Assembly (NCBI GenBank): GCA_950097015.1
Contig: CATNEN010000039.1
Span: forward strand, 13,950,001-14,014,000
Direction: 5' to 3'
DNA from: Macrostomum hystrix
Taxonomy: Eukaryota > Animalia > Platyhelminthes
Length of the DNA stretch: 64,000 nucleotides
The position numbers and the translations under genes are program-made. This document shows, piece after piece, positions 46,601 to 58,862 of this stretch. Numbering within the stretch: position 1 is the stretch's first letter; each line of letters opens with the position of its first letter. The notes under the pieces are model-generated. The model saw only the letters and a program-made list of their open reading frames with translations, did not search any database and was not told the origin of the DNA.

Positions 46601-49600
46601 GGATTAACTGTGTCAGATGGATTAACTGTGTCAGGTGGATTAACTGTGTCAGGTGGAATCACTGTGTCAGATGGATTAACTGTGTCAGGTGGATTAACTG
46701 TGTCAGATGGAATCACTGTGTCAGATTGATTAACTGTGTCTGGTGGATTAACTGTGTCAGATGGAATCACTGTGTCAGATGGATTAACTGTGTCAGGTGG
46801 ATTAACTGTGTCAGATGGATTAACTGTGTCAGATGGATTAACTGTGTCAGATGGATTAACTGTGTCAGATGGATTAACTGTGTCAGGTGGAATCACTGTG
46901 TCAGGTGGAATCACTGTGTCAGATGGATTAACTGTGTCAGGTGGATTAACTGTGTCAGATGGAATCACTGTGTCAGATTGATTAACTGTGTCTGGTGGAT
47001 TAACTGTGTCAGATGGAATCACTGTGTCAGATGGATTAACTGTGTCAGGTGGATTAACTGTGTCAGATGGATTAACTGTGTCAGATGGATTAACTGTGTC
47101 AGGTGGATTAACTGTGTCAGGTGGAATCACTGTGTCAGATGGATTAACTGTGTCAGGTGGATTAACTGTGTCAGATGGATTAACTGTGTCAGGTGGATTA
47201 ACTGTGTCAGATGGATTAACTGTGTCAGGTGGATTAACTGTGTCAGGTGGATTAACTGTGTCAGGTGGATTAATTGTGTCAGATGGATTAACTGTGTTGG
47301 TCATCTCGATCTAAAGTTCAAAGCCCAAATGTGGTCGCAAGGTACCTTTGTCATGGTACACGAAAGGAACATACAAAACCTAGGTACTCAAAATTAAGTT
47401 GCATTTGAAAGTATACATAGAAAATTATGCAAATTTCATGCAAAAACATACAAAAAATCTACTCAGAGTAGTAGTAAAAGTGCTCATTACAACATTTAAA
47501 TTACGAGACAACAACGACAGGCAGCCAGTTTCTCGCATGCCTTCCAGCCTTACGAAATTGTTCGGCAAGCTCTAGGCAGTTAAAAGCGCGCAGGCCGGCC
47601 AAGCCTTTCTCTGGCCGATAATTGCCCTTCATGACGGCCAGCTCTGCTAGCTGAAGCCGCTTCGCAGAGTCCTGACCCGATTGCTGACAAAGTATCAGTT
47701 CGCAAATGTTATTTGTCAAACCAGCATGGTCAGCTGTACTTTTACATTACGTCGCACGAATTCAAAAAGACAAACCAACTAGCATTCAAACCTTTGGGTG
47801 ATCTATAAAGTTGGGGTTGCTGCAGCTAATCGACAAGCTGGAGTGGGGTTGCTGCAGCTAATCGATAAGCTGGAGTGGGGTTGCTGCAGCTAATCGATAA
47901 GCTAGAGTGGGGTTTCGGCAGCTAGTCGATAAGCTAGAGTGGATTTGCTGCAGCTAATCGAAAAACGGGAGTGAGGTTGCTACAGCAAATCAATGGAGTG
48001 GGGTTGCTATAGCTAACCGATAAATTTTTGGGTTGCTACAGCTAATCGATGGACTGGGGTTGCTAATCGATTACACGGTAAACAGTTACACGGTTTTATG
48101 TACACAAAAAATTGCATCTTGTTATAAATATAAATATGACAAGAACGCTAAGTATCTTACTAACGAGAGTATTATTTCAAGTAAAGGATATATTGATTAT
48201 TTGATATATTAGCACTTTCTGTAATGGGTTAGGCGCACTGCATAAAAATACATTTATTAATGAAATATGATAGCCTAAAACGCTTAAAAAACGAGTAGAC
48301 CAGATTATTTTTAGTCTCGCCAGCGAGAATGAAACACACGCACACAAAGAAGCTAGAAGTGTGTTATTTAAAAAGTACATTTTACCATTCATAGCGGCCA
48401 CTTCCATTAGTTGCATCTGTTTAAGCCGGTCCTCACTCTCCGGCTAATATGAAAGTAGGTACATTATAAGTCTCATTGCAATCACACGTTCCCTTGTTAA
48501 ACGTCTGATCGTTAGTAAAATAGAGCCAAATTGTAATCTATATTTAAATACGGGACTTTTTGATTCTGAAACATTTTCAACTGTCTTTTAATTGTACTTT
48601 CCAATCGTCTCATTTCGGTTGCAAAAATTGAATTCCAACTAGCACCAATTTCGAAGTAAAAGAACCAAGACCAAAAATTCTATTCTCATTCTCATCTGTT
48701 TCTACAAATACACGAACTAAAAATGAAAGGGGATTCATCAACTCTGAAATGTATAAAATCTGACTAGCCGCCCTCAATCAGCAAAAACCTACAGTAAGCC
48801 ATTGTGAAAGATTTTACAATATATGTAAAATGCCCGCTGTGTTTATGCCTGTATTGATACAAAAAGCAGAAAAAATCTGAGTATTGTAATACTTTTTGAA
48901 AACTTTACAACTCACCATTTTCACTGCCTGCTCTAAGAACACACGAATTTCATCCGCCGCCCGTTTGGCCTTCACTTCCGCCCGGTTTTGATGATCCTCA
49001 ACCGAAACTAGAACATGCAGATCCTCAGACAGGTGCTCCCAATTCGGCTTGCCTCGGTTCTGCTCCTCCTACAATTCAATGTTCAGTTTTTTTTTAATGT
49101 CCAGTCGATGTCAATCATCATATTTGCAGGTTGCAGAAAATGGTGATTTGGTGACACTAGACCCGATTTTGCCCATTTCACTGACTCCTGAGCACAACCC
49201 CTGTCCAGTAGATGTAGTTGCATTTAGGGTCTAGACCAGGGGTAGGCAAACTTATTTGCTGGCGGCCAAAGAGAGAGCCTAAAAGACGACAGCGGGCCGC
49301 ATTGTCTGTATAAATATGAGATAGGGGAGAGATGAGACACAGGAAAGATGGGACACGGGAGAGATTAGACACGGGAGAGATTAGACACGGGAGAGATTAG
49401 ACACGGGAGAGATTAGACACGGGAGAGATTAGACACAGGAGAGATGAGACGCGAGAGAGATGAAACAGGACACTGTAGAAGTAGATGTCAGAAGGGGCAA
49501 CGGGCCGGATTTGGGAGCTTCGAGGGCCGCATCTGGCCCGCGGGCCGGAACCTAAGTCCAACCATTGACAAAGAGGCACACATGACCAACCTTCTTCTTG

Positions 49601-51304
49601 TCTCGCATTGAACCCTTGCCGCGAACCATAATCTTGCAGTCGAGATCAGTCTCTAATTGCTTCGCAGTCATGCCACGTGGACCGAGCAGTCGGCCAACAA
49701 AGTTATAATTAGGATTTTCCTTCACTGGAATGTAAACTTTCTCTTGGACACTGACAATTGGGCCTTCTGGCTCTGGCAGATCATCAGCAAGTCGACGTGA
49801 AGATCCATTCTGGTGATAGAGCTGGCTCCTTGCCCGGCCAATCTCTACAAATTCATGGGTTCTATGAAGTCATAATACAATGAATCCATGGTCAAATAAA
49901 AAATGCAAATCACATAAAACTTAACTACCTTTAAAGTTGAATAGAAAATGTGTATAGTTAGCTTGTAGAAAGCTTGTACAGTTAGGATATGAAATAATAT
50001 TAAGGATAGCTTGGAATTGAACTTAATAATAAGATCAGGATTAGGAAACTGGATTCTGAACAGGATTAACTAAGAGTTTGAACCTGGCTGACCTTTATAC
50101 CAATTAACAATTGTATTAACAATAGTAAAAAGTAAATAGTATTAAATAAGTGACAATTATTTTTTAGAATGAAGACAAAATGGGACTATCAAGTTTATAG
50201 CCAGGTAAATTTGTTGTAAAAAACTAAGAAGATAAAATTAGTTTTTTATAGTGTTTGGTTTAAAAAATTTGGCTTCTGATAGAAAATTCAAATGTTCCGA
50301 ATTTTTATAAATTAGAAAACCTTTTGAAGTCTGATATATTTTCATAGGTTCAATTAAGCTTCAGATTTTTAGCCTATTTTCTACAATCTGTAACTCAAAT
50401 CACATTTTTGCACTACATTGATAAGGCATATTTGAAATGAATTTGAATGTACTTGTTTATATCATACAATCCATGATAGATAAAAACGACAAAGTTTTAT
50501 TGCTATGAGATTTAAAATACTTATCCACTATCACAATCAAATTAAAAAAGAATTATAATGTTCTAAAAACTTTTCTTTTTTTCTTTTTAGCATAACATTA
50601 AATCAAGGAAAGCCATAGTCAAAAATTTAGATTTGTATTTGCAAATTTAGTCCATTGCTACTGCTAGTTTTATAAAAATAAATTATCATATAAATTTTAA
50701 GTTTGTTTTTAATAAATTATTTATCCAAAAGAATCAAATACAATATAGAGCCTAGAGGCATTGTTATTGTCCATTTCATATTTTTGGCTCATTGCCTTAA
50801 AATAGTCACTTTTGTTTATGAAAATAAAAACAGTACTATATTATGTTGCTGTTCTCAAGCTTAGGCCTACTTACAATGACCAATTACCCCTTGCCTCTAG
50901 TCAGATTTGAGTTAACTCACTTATAGTCATGTAATGGTTGTATTAAAATGGTAATAAATAATATGAGGCCGAAAAATAGGTAGATGCACATAAAATTCTA
51001 AGCAAAATGGAAATAAATCTTATAGCTAGCAAACTGCTATGTAAGTTAAAGCTAGATGTTTGCAAAAAAAGAAAATGTCAAATGACATACCATTCTCAAG
51101 AATTCTATCAACATGATGAAAAACATTAGGAAAATTCTGTAGATTGCGTTTATCTTTAAGCAGTTCTTGGTAATATTCGGGTGTAATAACTGGTATATTA
51201 TCTGGAGTAGTAGACAGTCCAACTCCAGTTAATGAAGATAAACTATTTGCACCTGGTGATGGCTGAGTTGCAAGTGCATGAAAGTGAGATTGTGAATGAT
51301 CCAT
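43668..51304 (-). CDS. QKI: Quaking/STAR-family KH RNA-binding protein, ~431 aa; exons 51304-51091, 49844-49591, 49068-48916, 47683-47554, 46138-45683, 43756-43668
   Basis: Qua1 YYQELLKDK...[11 protein letters not shown]; [21 protein letters not shown]...[29 protein letters not shown]; Qua2 [16 protein letters not shown]; terminal RQHPY; phases consistent. Confidence 0.9.
43958..45582. repeat. 24/25-bp minisatellite GGGAACTGAGTAGAGGATCAGAAT (QKI last intron)
   Basis: Tandem units. Confidence 0.95.
46383..47297. repeat. 18-bp minisatellite ACTGTGTCAGATGGATTA (QKI intron 4)
   Basis: Tandem units; source of the spurious DTVNPP ORFs. Confidence 0.95.
47812..48072. repeat. ~32-bp degenerate minisatellite GGGGTTGCTGCAGCTAATCGATAAGCTGGAGT (QKI intron 3)
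   Basis: Tandem units. Confidence 0.8.
49237..49552 (+). mobile_element. Truncated hAT MITE in QKI intron 2, with an internal 16-bp minisatellite
   Basis: GTCTAGAC followed by CAGGGGTAGGCAAAC; subterminal GGGCCGCA/GGCCCGCGGGCCG motifs; right TIR not seen. Confidence 0.65.
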
Positions 51305-52892
51305 TTATTTTGGTTTTCTGTTAGTAGCCTTAGCTAACTCACTGTAGTATATGTAAGTTTGTTGGGTTTAGGCCTCTATTGTACAATTAAGTATTGTATT
51401 GATGACAGTTTTTTACTTGACTTGTTTATACCAATCTCATCTAAATGCAAACCTAAAAACAATAACTATTCAAAATGGCTGATGCGTCACGTGCCTGATA
51501 GCTAACCAGCAGATCTAAAAGTCAGCAATTACAGCTGGTCTCAGGCGTCTATTTATAGACTTAGTATTTATAAAGTAAAGAAAAACGCTGAGTCCAAGAT
51601 TCTAGATATAAAATGTACTTATATCACTAAGAATAGTATCTTGGCGTGAAATTTCGGTCAACAGTACACTTCCAGGTTAAAAGTTATATATTTTCAATCT
51701 CGGAGTCAGAATAAACTAGCTAGAGATGAAGGATAACCTGTGGGCAAATATTTCGTGACACGCAACTAGGCCGGCGCCCTATCGCTTGATTTCATAACTT
51801 GAATCAATTGTCGTTAGCAGTAAAATAGCATTTCCGCAAGATTCTTAGAAACATTTTTTTACCTTGCAAGCTAAATGAAAGAAAAACTAAAATTGTTACA
51901 AAAAACGTTCTTGTTTTATACCTACGACTTTTCAGGAATTTAATATGCAATTATTTTGTTAAACTTTTTTTATTAAAATACAAAGGCCTGTGTCTTTCTA
52001 AAAAAACTTGAGATTTGATTTGCTCGCTAATCGCAAAGGTGACCGTACTGATAGATAGATACGGTTTATAAAGAGTAGTAGGTTATTTTTTTGCAACAGA
52101 AGTAATATTGCATTAAATGATATTTCCCAAAACGAAGTGCAAAACTAAAAATTGCAAATCGAGACTATTTATTTTATTGTACTATTAATTAAAACAACTA
52201 ATCGAACAGAGGCGGAGAAAGTGGGTTTAGGTACAGGGTAACGAGTATTAACCTGATATATAATATAGTAGGTGCGCATAGTCCGTGCCAGACCCTGCGG
52301 CTTAGCGCGCCGGCCGTCTGGGTGCACCCACCCCCCGGGCAGGGTGAGTCAGGCCGATTGAGTGCAGGTGCACTGCCCGCGCCAGCAGCGTGCTGGTCTG
52401 GCCGCCACAGTAGGATGTATAGTATAATATTCATATACAAATTAAAAACACCTCTATAGTATCGACAATTTTTACATTCTTTCTTTTCATGTTTTTTAAT
52501 TTATATTTTGTCAATGTTGAACGATAATGCTGTTTTGAGTGTTGGGGTTCTACACTATACCATTTTAAGTGGCCACTCGCGCCTTAATTTGTAATATAAG
52601 ACCATTGTCCATTTGGAAAGATGACAATAGTAAGTATACTATAAGAGTGATTTACTACAGTTTGTTTGTCAAATTATTATTTTTTTCATAACTAGGCCTA
52701 CTCTTTGATTTTTTTGCATATATGATTTCCCATGACTGAAGTGACACCAATACTTTTATATTTTTATATTTGTGGTCAAACTAGATAGTTTTAGAAATAC
52801 TGCTATAGCATCTGCTTAATGTGTAGTGCACATGTTTTTTAAAGGGCAAAAATAAATAAAATATTGTTTGCTTTTTAGCTTGGGCAAAATGT

Positions 52893-54870
52893 ATCAACAA
52901 CAACAACAACAACAACAACAACAAAATACCCTGTCAGGTGGAAAAAGCAGCATCAAAGTGCACACTTCAGAGCCTGGGCGCGAACAAAGGCCGCACCGCT
53001 GGCAGTGTCCTGGGCGCCAGCATCGGCCAGCAGGCAGTCGACAAAATGCCAAGTTTGGGCCTGGCCATGCTGGTAGGGTGCCTGCAGCGTTAGCAGCAGC
53101 ACCTCCTACACCGGCTGTGGGCCATAGGACTTGGCGCAGATGATATGGCCTGCCAGCTAGAGTCACCAAAGTTGCAGCCATTCACTTGGATGGGCCAGGC
53201 TGGTGCGGCGATAGGGTGCCACATTAGTGATCTGCTTGTCGCTGATCTTAAAAGGTGGCGCGCAGGTGGCCAGTGTGCACTGCATTGACTTGTTGCTTGA
53301 GCGAATCTGTCAGTGTCCAGGTCTCGGCGTTGTACAACAGGACAGTCTTGACCACCGCCTGAGACAACGCTGCCCTCTGGCAATCAGGTAGGGCCTTGGA
53401 TGGCAGGACCAGCAGCGATGCCGCAGATCTTCGCAAACGTCTGGTACTAGACCGCCGAGGTAGACAAACTGCTGACAGCATGGAAGCTCTGTTACCTGCC
53501 CATCAGCACCTCAGCAGAAAATTGCGGCCTCGATGTTGCCCGGCACACAGAGCACAACGGTCTTCTTCATGTTGACCAGCAGGCCAACACTTGCTGCAGT
53601 GCTAACCAGCTTGTCCAGCTGGCGCTGAGCGCCCTATATGGTAGAGGACAGCAGGGCGAGGTCATCGGCGTAGCCAAGCACGCTGAGCCATTTCTCTGGT
53701 TGACGTCAACCCACGCATCGCCGCAGTAGGAAGCCATCTTTGTCAGTAGGAAGAGCAGTTTGTAACACCCAGTCAAGCACCAGGATGAATAGGAATGGCG
53801 GTAGAGTGTCCCCCTGGAGCACCCTGGAGGATGTCTTGAAGGAGTCCAAAAGGCCGTCCGGTGTCATCACAGCTGCACTCGTAGCGCAGTACAATGCCAT
53901 CATGGCGGAGATTAGCTGTTCTGGCACATGGTACCCGCGAGCACATGTGGGAGTGCAGCCCTCGCAACCAAGTCGAATGCCTTCATGAAGTCAATGAAGA
54001 CAACAATCAGGTCCAACTGGCATGTGCGCGCCTCCTTGATGGTTTGGCGAAGAGCTAGGATCTGCTTCACTATGCCACAGTGGGGCCGAAACCCATTCTG
54101 CTCAGGTCGCAGGTAGGGATCCAGCACGGGTTGCAACCGCGATAGCAGCATTTGGTTGAACAACTTCGCAACACAGGATTGTAGGCAGATGCCTCAGTGC
54201 TCGTCTAGCCATGTAGTGCCCGGCTTCTTTGGAATGGCGATGATGTGCGCCATGGTCCACTCGGTGGGTACCACCTCACCGGAGAGCACGCAGTTCATTA
54301 CATGGGCGACCCAGTGGCCACACAGTGGATGCGCAGCGCCTTGATGGGCACCTCGTCTGGACCCAGCACCTTGCCACCCGGCATCTTCTCCCGCATGGCG
54401 GCTCGTACTGCGGAGCTCACATCCGCATACTCGGCACCTCCATGCTTGCTGCCAAGCGCAGTGCTGAAGGCGCTAGCAAATTGGCAGTGCATTCCGGTGT
54501 CTTTGAGAGCACGGTAGTAGCGTTGCGGTGGCCGCTTTGTCAGACAGTAAAGCGGATCGCGTAGCTCGATGTTGCAGATGAGAAGCCGATGATCAGACCG
54601 CAGAGCCAGCGGCATGATGGTGCAGCAGTTGACAGCGCGGCGGCGCTCACGGGAGTGCAGAAGCATGTGGTCAATGAGTGCTAGCCTCCGTATAGTGAAC
54701 CGGCCGCGCGCATTCCACCACCTCTGTTTGCAGCCCACGAAAGTCGTGAGCCTGCTTGGTGGCTTGCGGAAGTGGGTGTTGGCCGACACCATATCCTGCC
54801 TCTCCAGTGCCTGGGTGTAGCCGTTTTTGTGGGGCGTCACAAACAGCGACCGCTCAGACTTACGCAGAAC
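52893..54870 (-). mobile_element. Decayed 5'-truncated non-LTR retrotransposon (RTE-like LINE) with (TTG)n tail
   Basis: Fragmented RT motifs PEQNGFRP, VFIDFMKAFD, VLQGDTLPPFLF, YADD; endonuclease remnant IDH...SDH; (CAA)n at 52893-52924 forms the 3' tail. Confidence 0.8.
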
Positions 54871-55578
54871 TAAAATTACCTTTTAGTGTTTATGATAGAT
54901 ACAATAGCTAAGTCATTGCTTATTACAAAATTTAGGAAAATTAAACCAAGTTGGCTCTCTAGATAATGGTCAACAATATGTCATTGTATCCTAATGTGTC
55001 CACAAATTGAATACTGAGTTAATAGGCAATTTGATATTATCTATCTTTTTTGATAACTAGCTTTCATAAGAAATCAATCTATGATGCTTCTATCTTAAGC
55101 TAAACATGCTTGGTTCTTGAAAACAAAAGTCCACAGGCCTCTGAGACTAATATAATTAGATAAACTTATAAATTTGTAAGAACTTAACAACTCCTTTCTT
55201 AATTCTAATTTGTATTTGCATTGATCATTGACTGCGGTATAGTATATTAATAGTCTCTCATGTATTAATAGTTCATGTACTTAAGTCTTCATTTTGACTA
55301 TCTTTAGTGTGGATGATAAAATAAAATTTTAATTTAAGTTTATGTAACCTCCAACCAAACCTGTTCCAAAACATGCATGTGGTTAAGTCAAAAGAAAATA
55401 TATATTGCTTGGCAAAAAGTTTGCTATTTTTATATCTAGAGTTGCAATTTATTATACAATTGTTCCTTCCACCATTTTTTATTTCAGCAAATAAAATATA
55501 ATTGGCTGGCAGCTTTTCATTTGAGTAATATAACACTGCTGTGTACCTTGCCTCTACTATGCTCTCTTGCTGTTGCAG

Positions 55579-58500
55579 CAAAGGTAGCAGCAATCTGCGT
55601 GCCTTCTTCTATTCCCGGCCTCCATTAGTTATCTTCATCATTAACTTGGCAATCTTTGCAGCTTCCCTGCTATTCCTGTCTTACTGGATTCAGTACAATG
55701 ATATGCAGAATCCTGATGCAACAAAGGTAAGATCAGTAGGACTCAATATTTTGGCTTTTTAAATCTTTTAGTGTCTCCTATATGTATGTACATCTGCCCT
55801 GACTTTCTAATCGTGAGGCAGTGTACACTTGACTGTGCCTTGGAGGTTGGCCCTTAAGGGCGTAAATTGCACGACAAGCTCCCAAGCCTTCTCTCCGCGG
55901 CTGCGCCCCAAATGAATGTGGCCTCGCCGTGGAATCGAGCTCAGGGACCTTGGTGAGAGGGGCAAACGCGGTAAACTCTCCGCCACTGACCTCCCCCTAA
56001 TTATTAAGTGTCTTGCCTGATGACGCTTTGTTTTTCACTGGGCTAAGATTTGAACTTGCGACCTCGCAGCCAGAAGTTCGAAGCAGTAGTACCATAAAAA
56101 CTGTTTCTCAGTGCAAGAAATGTTACTTCAATCAGTTGAAGTAGATGGATTCGCACCCACCTCGATACACCCGACCTGTCTGCAGGATTGGAATCGTTTC
56201 CTAGAGCGCTTCGCCTCAATGGAGATCTGCCTAACTGGTAACAAGTCTTATCCGTTCATTCGCCGCTTATCGGCTTTCACCATAGACGGCGACAATGCTA
56301 TCGACCTGCCGCAGCCGATGGCGCACACGTCGCCTAGGCTAACTGTGCATCGCATGCTTCTTGGCGTGGACTGGGACGCCAAGCAGCGGAATGTGCTCTC
56401 CAACTATTCCGTGCTGGTTGGTGCGATTAGCGGCAGAATTCTGGGACTGAGGGATCGCAGTGCGGCCTATCAGGTGAGGCTGTGAGCTATGTAGCTTGAT
56501 TTGGGTGAGTGGGTGTGTGGGATCAGTGTCAGAGACTGTGGGTGTGTGGGATCAGTGTCAGAGACTGTGGGTGTGTGGGATCAGTGTCAGAGATTGTGGG
56601 TGTGTGGGATCAGTGTCAGAGACTGTGGGTGTGTGGGATCAGTGTCAGAGACTGTGGGTGTGTGGGATCAGTGTCAGAGACTGTGGGTGTGTGGGATCAG
56701 TGTCAGAGACTGTGGGTGTGGGATCAGTGTCAGAGACTGTGGGTGTGGGATCAGTGTCAGAGACTGTGGGTGTGTGGGATCAGTGTCAGAGACTTGGGTG
56801 TGTGGGATCAGTGTCAGAGACTGTGGGTGTGTGGGATCAGTGTCAGAGACTGTGGGTGTGTGGGATCAGTGTCAGAGACTGTGGGTGTGTGGGATCAGTG
56901 TCAGAGACTGTGGGTGTGTGGGATCAGTGTCAGAGACTGTGGGTGTGGGATCAGTGTCAGAGACTGTGGGTGTGGGATCAGTGTCAGAGACTGTGGGTGT
57001 GTGGGATCAGTGTCAGAGATTGTGGGTGTGTGGGATCAGTGTCAGAGACTGGGTGTGGGATCAGTGTCAGAGACTGTGGGTGTGTGGGATCAGTGTCAGA
57101 GACTGTGGGTGTGTGGGATCAGTGTCAGAGACTGTGGGTGTGTGGGATCAGTGTCAGAGACTGTGGGTGTGGGATCAGTGTCAGAGACTGTGGGTGTGGG
57201 ATCAGTGTCAGAGACTGTGGGTGTGTGGGATCAGTGTCAGAGATTGTGGGTGTGTGGGATCAGTGTCAGAGACTGTGGGTGTGTGGGATCAGTGTCAGAG
57301 ATTGTGGGTGTGTGGGATCAGTGTCAGAGACTGTGGGTGTGTGGGATCAGTGTCAGAGACTGTGGGTGTGTGGGATCAGTGTCAGAGACTGTGGGTGTGT
57401 GGGATCAGTGTCAGAGATGTTCAGTACATGTTCCATTGTGCCCATTGTTTCAGGTGATTAACATCACAGCGGTGATCCCTCAGAAGCGCGACCAAATCTG
57501 CGTTGAGATGGTCGGTCCGGAGTCCATCTTTCCGCGCACCCGACCTCCGCGTCAATGCCACAGCGCCAGCTTTGAACACACTCGGCGGCTGCTATCCGGC
57601 GCCGCAGACTCAGCCGCCAACAATGTCCGCATGTCCTACATGTACATCTTCAAGACTGTGTATTGGTCCAGCCTTTTCTTCTGCAACTCTGGACAACCCA
57701 GACTGAAATTAAAGTACAGTCACAATCCGGCCCTGACTGAGATGCTTTCTACCGTGAGTGCTTGTTACCAATACCACTACCATGCCATTTTGACGCCCGT
57801 TTTATACCAAAGGGGAAATGGGCTGAACCTTCGAGGCTTGGTCAGCGAAAGTAGAGAAATTCGACGGCGTCGGGATGATGACTGATAGCTCGTAGGTTGA
57901 CAGTGAGTGTCCATATTCGGCTGGTGCCACTTGTTGAAGGTCCAGCAGCTCCGTCTAGACGTCTAGATAAAGGTGCGCAACCACCGAAGTCGGAGATGAT
58001 GCAGGCACATTCGGGTGACGTGCTGATAAATTTTGAAGGCCTGGCAAGGCCGCACTGAGGCGCAGTGCTAATTCGTGTATTGGGGTATGAAATACACTAG
58101 CGCTTATTTGAAAAAGCTGACCTTCGGTCAGAACCGTTGAATATCTCGATGGTCTGAGGAGCTGGCGACTTGATTCTTGTTTCATAAAATGTGCAACAAA
58201 AAGTTAATCGGTGTTCTTGAGTTTCATGTGCTTGATTTGCTCCGTTCGGGTGCAGCACAAACAATTGTCAGGGGGAATTCCCCTTAGTAGTTCTACTGTT
58301 GATTTCCACAATTCTACTTGATTTAATTTTTCACAGTTATTCTAGTGTCTGTGCTTCTCACTGGATGAGAATAAATTTAGTCCGTCATTAATTTCAATTG
58401 TTTATGTCAACTACTTCAAGGTCAGACCTGCACTGTGAAATCTATAAGACAAATGTTTTTATCCCGGAAAAACTGCAAAAATTTATTACACTCAAATTAT

Positions 58501-58862
58501 TCTCTCAGGAGGAAAAGTACGTCGCCGAAGAGAACTTGTCCCACACCGCCTACGCCATAACCGTCCTGATCGCCTGTTTTCTGCTCTACGCTGCCAGCTT
58601 CGGTTCCGGCGGTCGCTGTCCGACGTCAGGCGGCGTCGGCGGTGTCGGCGGCGGCGTCGGTGGCCTTTACCGCAGCATCAGCCTGACAGCTGACACAGAG
58701 CTGTCTCCTGAATCAACTCTCCGGGCTAGGAACAGCTTGTCAATATCTGGTGATGCCACCTCTGATTCCGTGTTTATTATGCAGCAACAGCAGCAGCAGC
58801 AGCTAAAACACGAGATGTTAATGGAATCTATGGATGGCAATAAACTAGCGTTGTCGCATTGA
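55579..58862 (+). CDS. TMEM248: TMEM248-like membrane protein, start exon not resolved; exons ~55579-55726, 56186-56473, 57454-57753, 58509-58862
   Basis: NLRAFFYSRPPLVIF...NPDATK|DWNRFLERFASMEICL matches the TMEM248 N-terminal pattern; second TM segment in the last exon. Confidence 0.78.
55798..55998 (-). mobile_element. tRNA-derived SINE
   Basis: Colinear with 38998-39190. Confidence 0.75.
56509..57418. repeat. 29-bp minisatellite GGGATCAGTGTCAGAGACTGTGGGTGTGT (TMEM248 intron)
   Basis: Tandem units; source of the spurious Cys/Val-rich ORFs. Confidence 0.95.
57775..58298. mobile_element. Same MITE family, copy 4, in a TMEM248 intron
   Basis: Shared core; ends TAGTTCTACTG. Confidence 0.7.

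Noticed and set aside
46351-47397. DTVNPP and WINCVR repeat ORFs
   Set aside because: 18-bp array inside QKI intron 4
52255-52430. GC-rich island between QKI and TMEM248 as an ncRNA or MITE
   Set aside because: No recognisable family, TIR/TSD or second copy in the window
56010-56060. Hammerhead ribozyme at CTGATGA (also ~33564)
   Set aside because: No stem II plus GAAA core in the required arrangement
56496-57461. Cys-rich repeat ORFs in three frames
   Set aside because: 29-bp array inside a TMEM248 intron; only 57454-57753 is exonic
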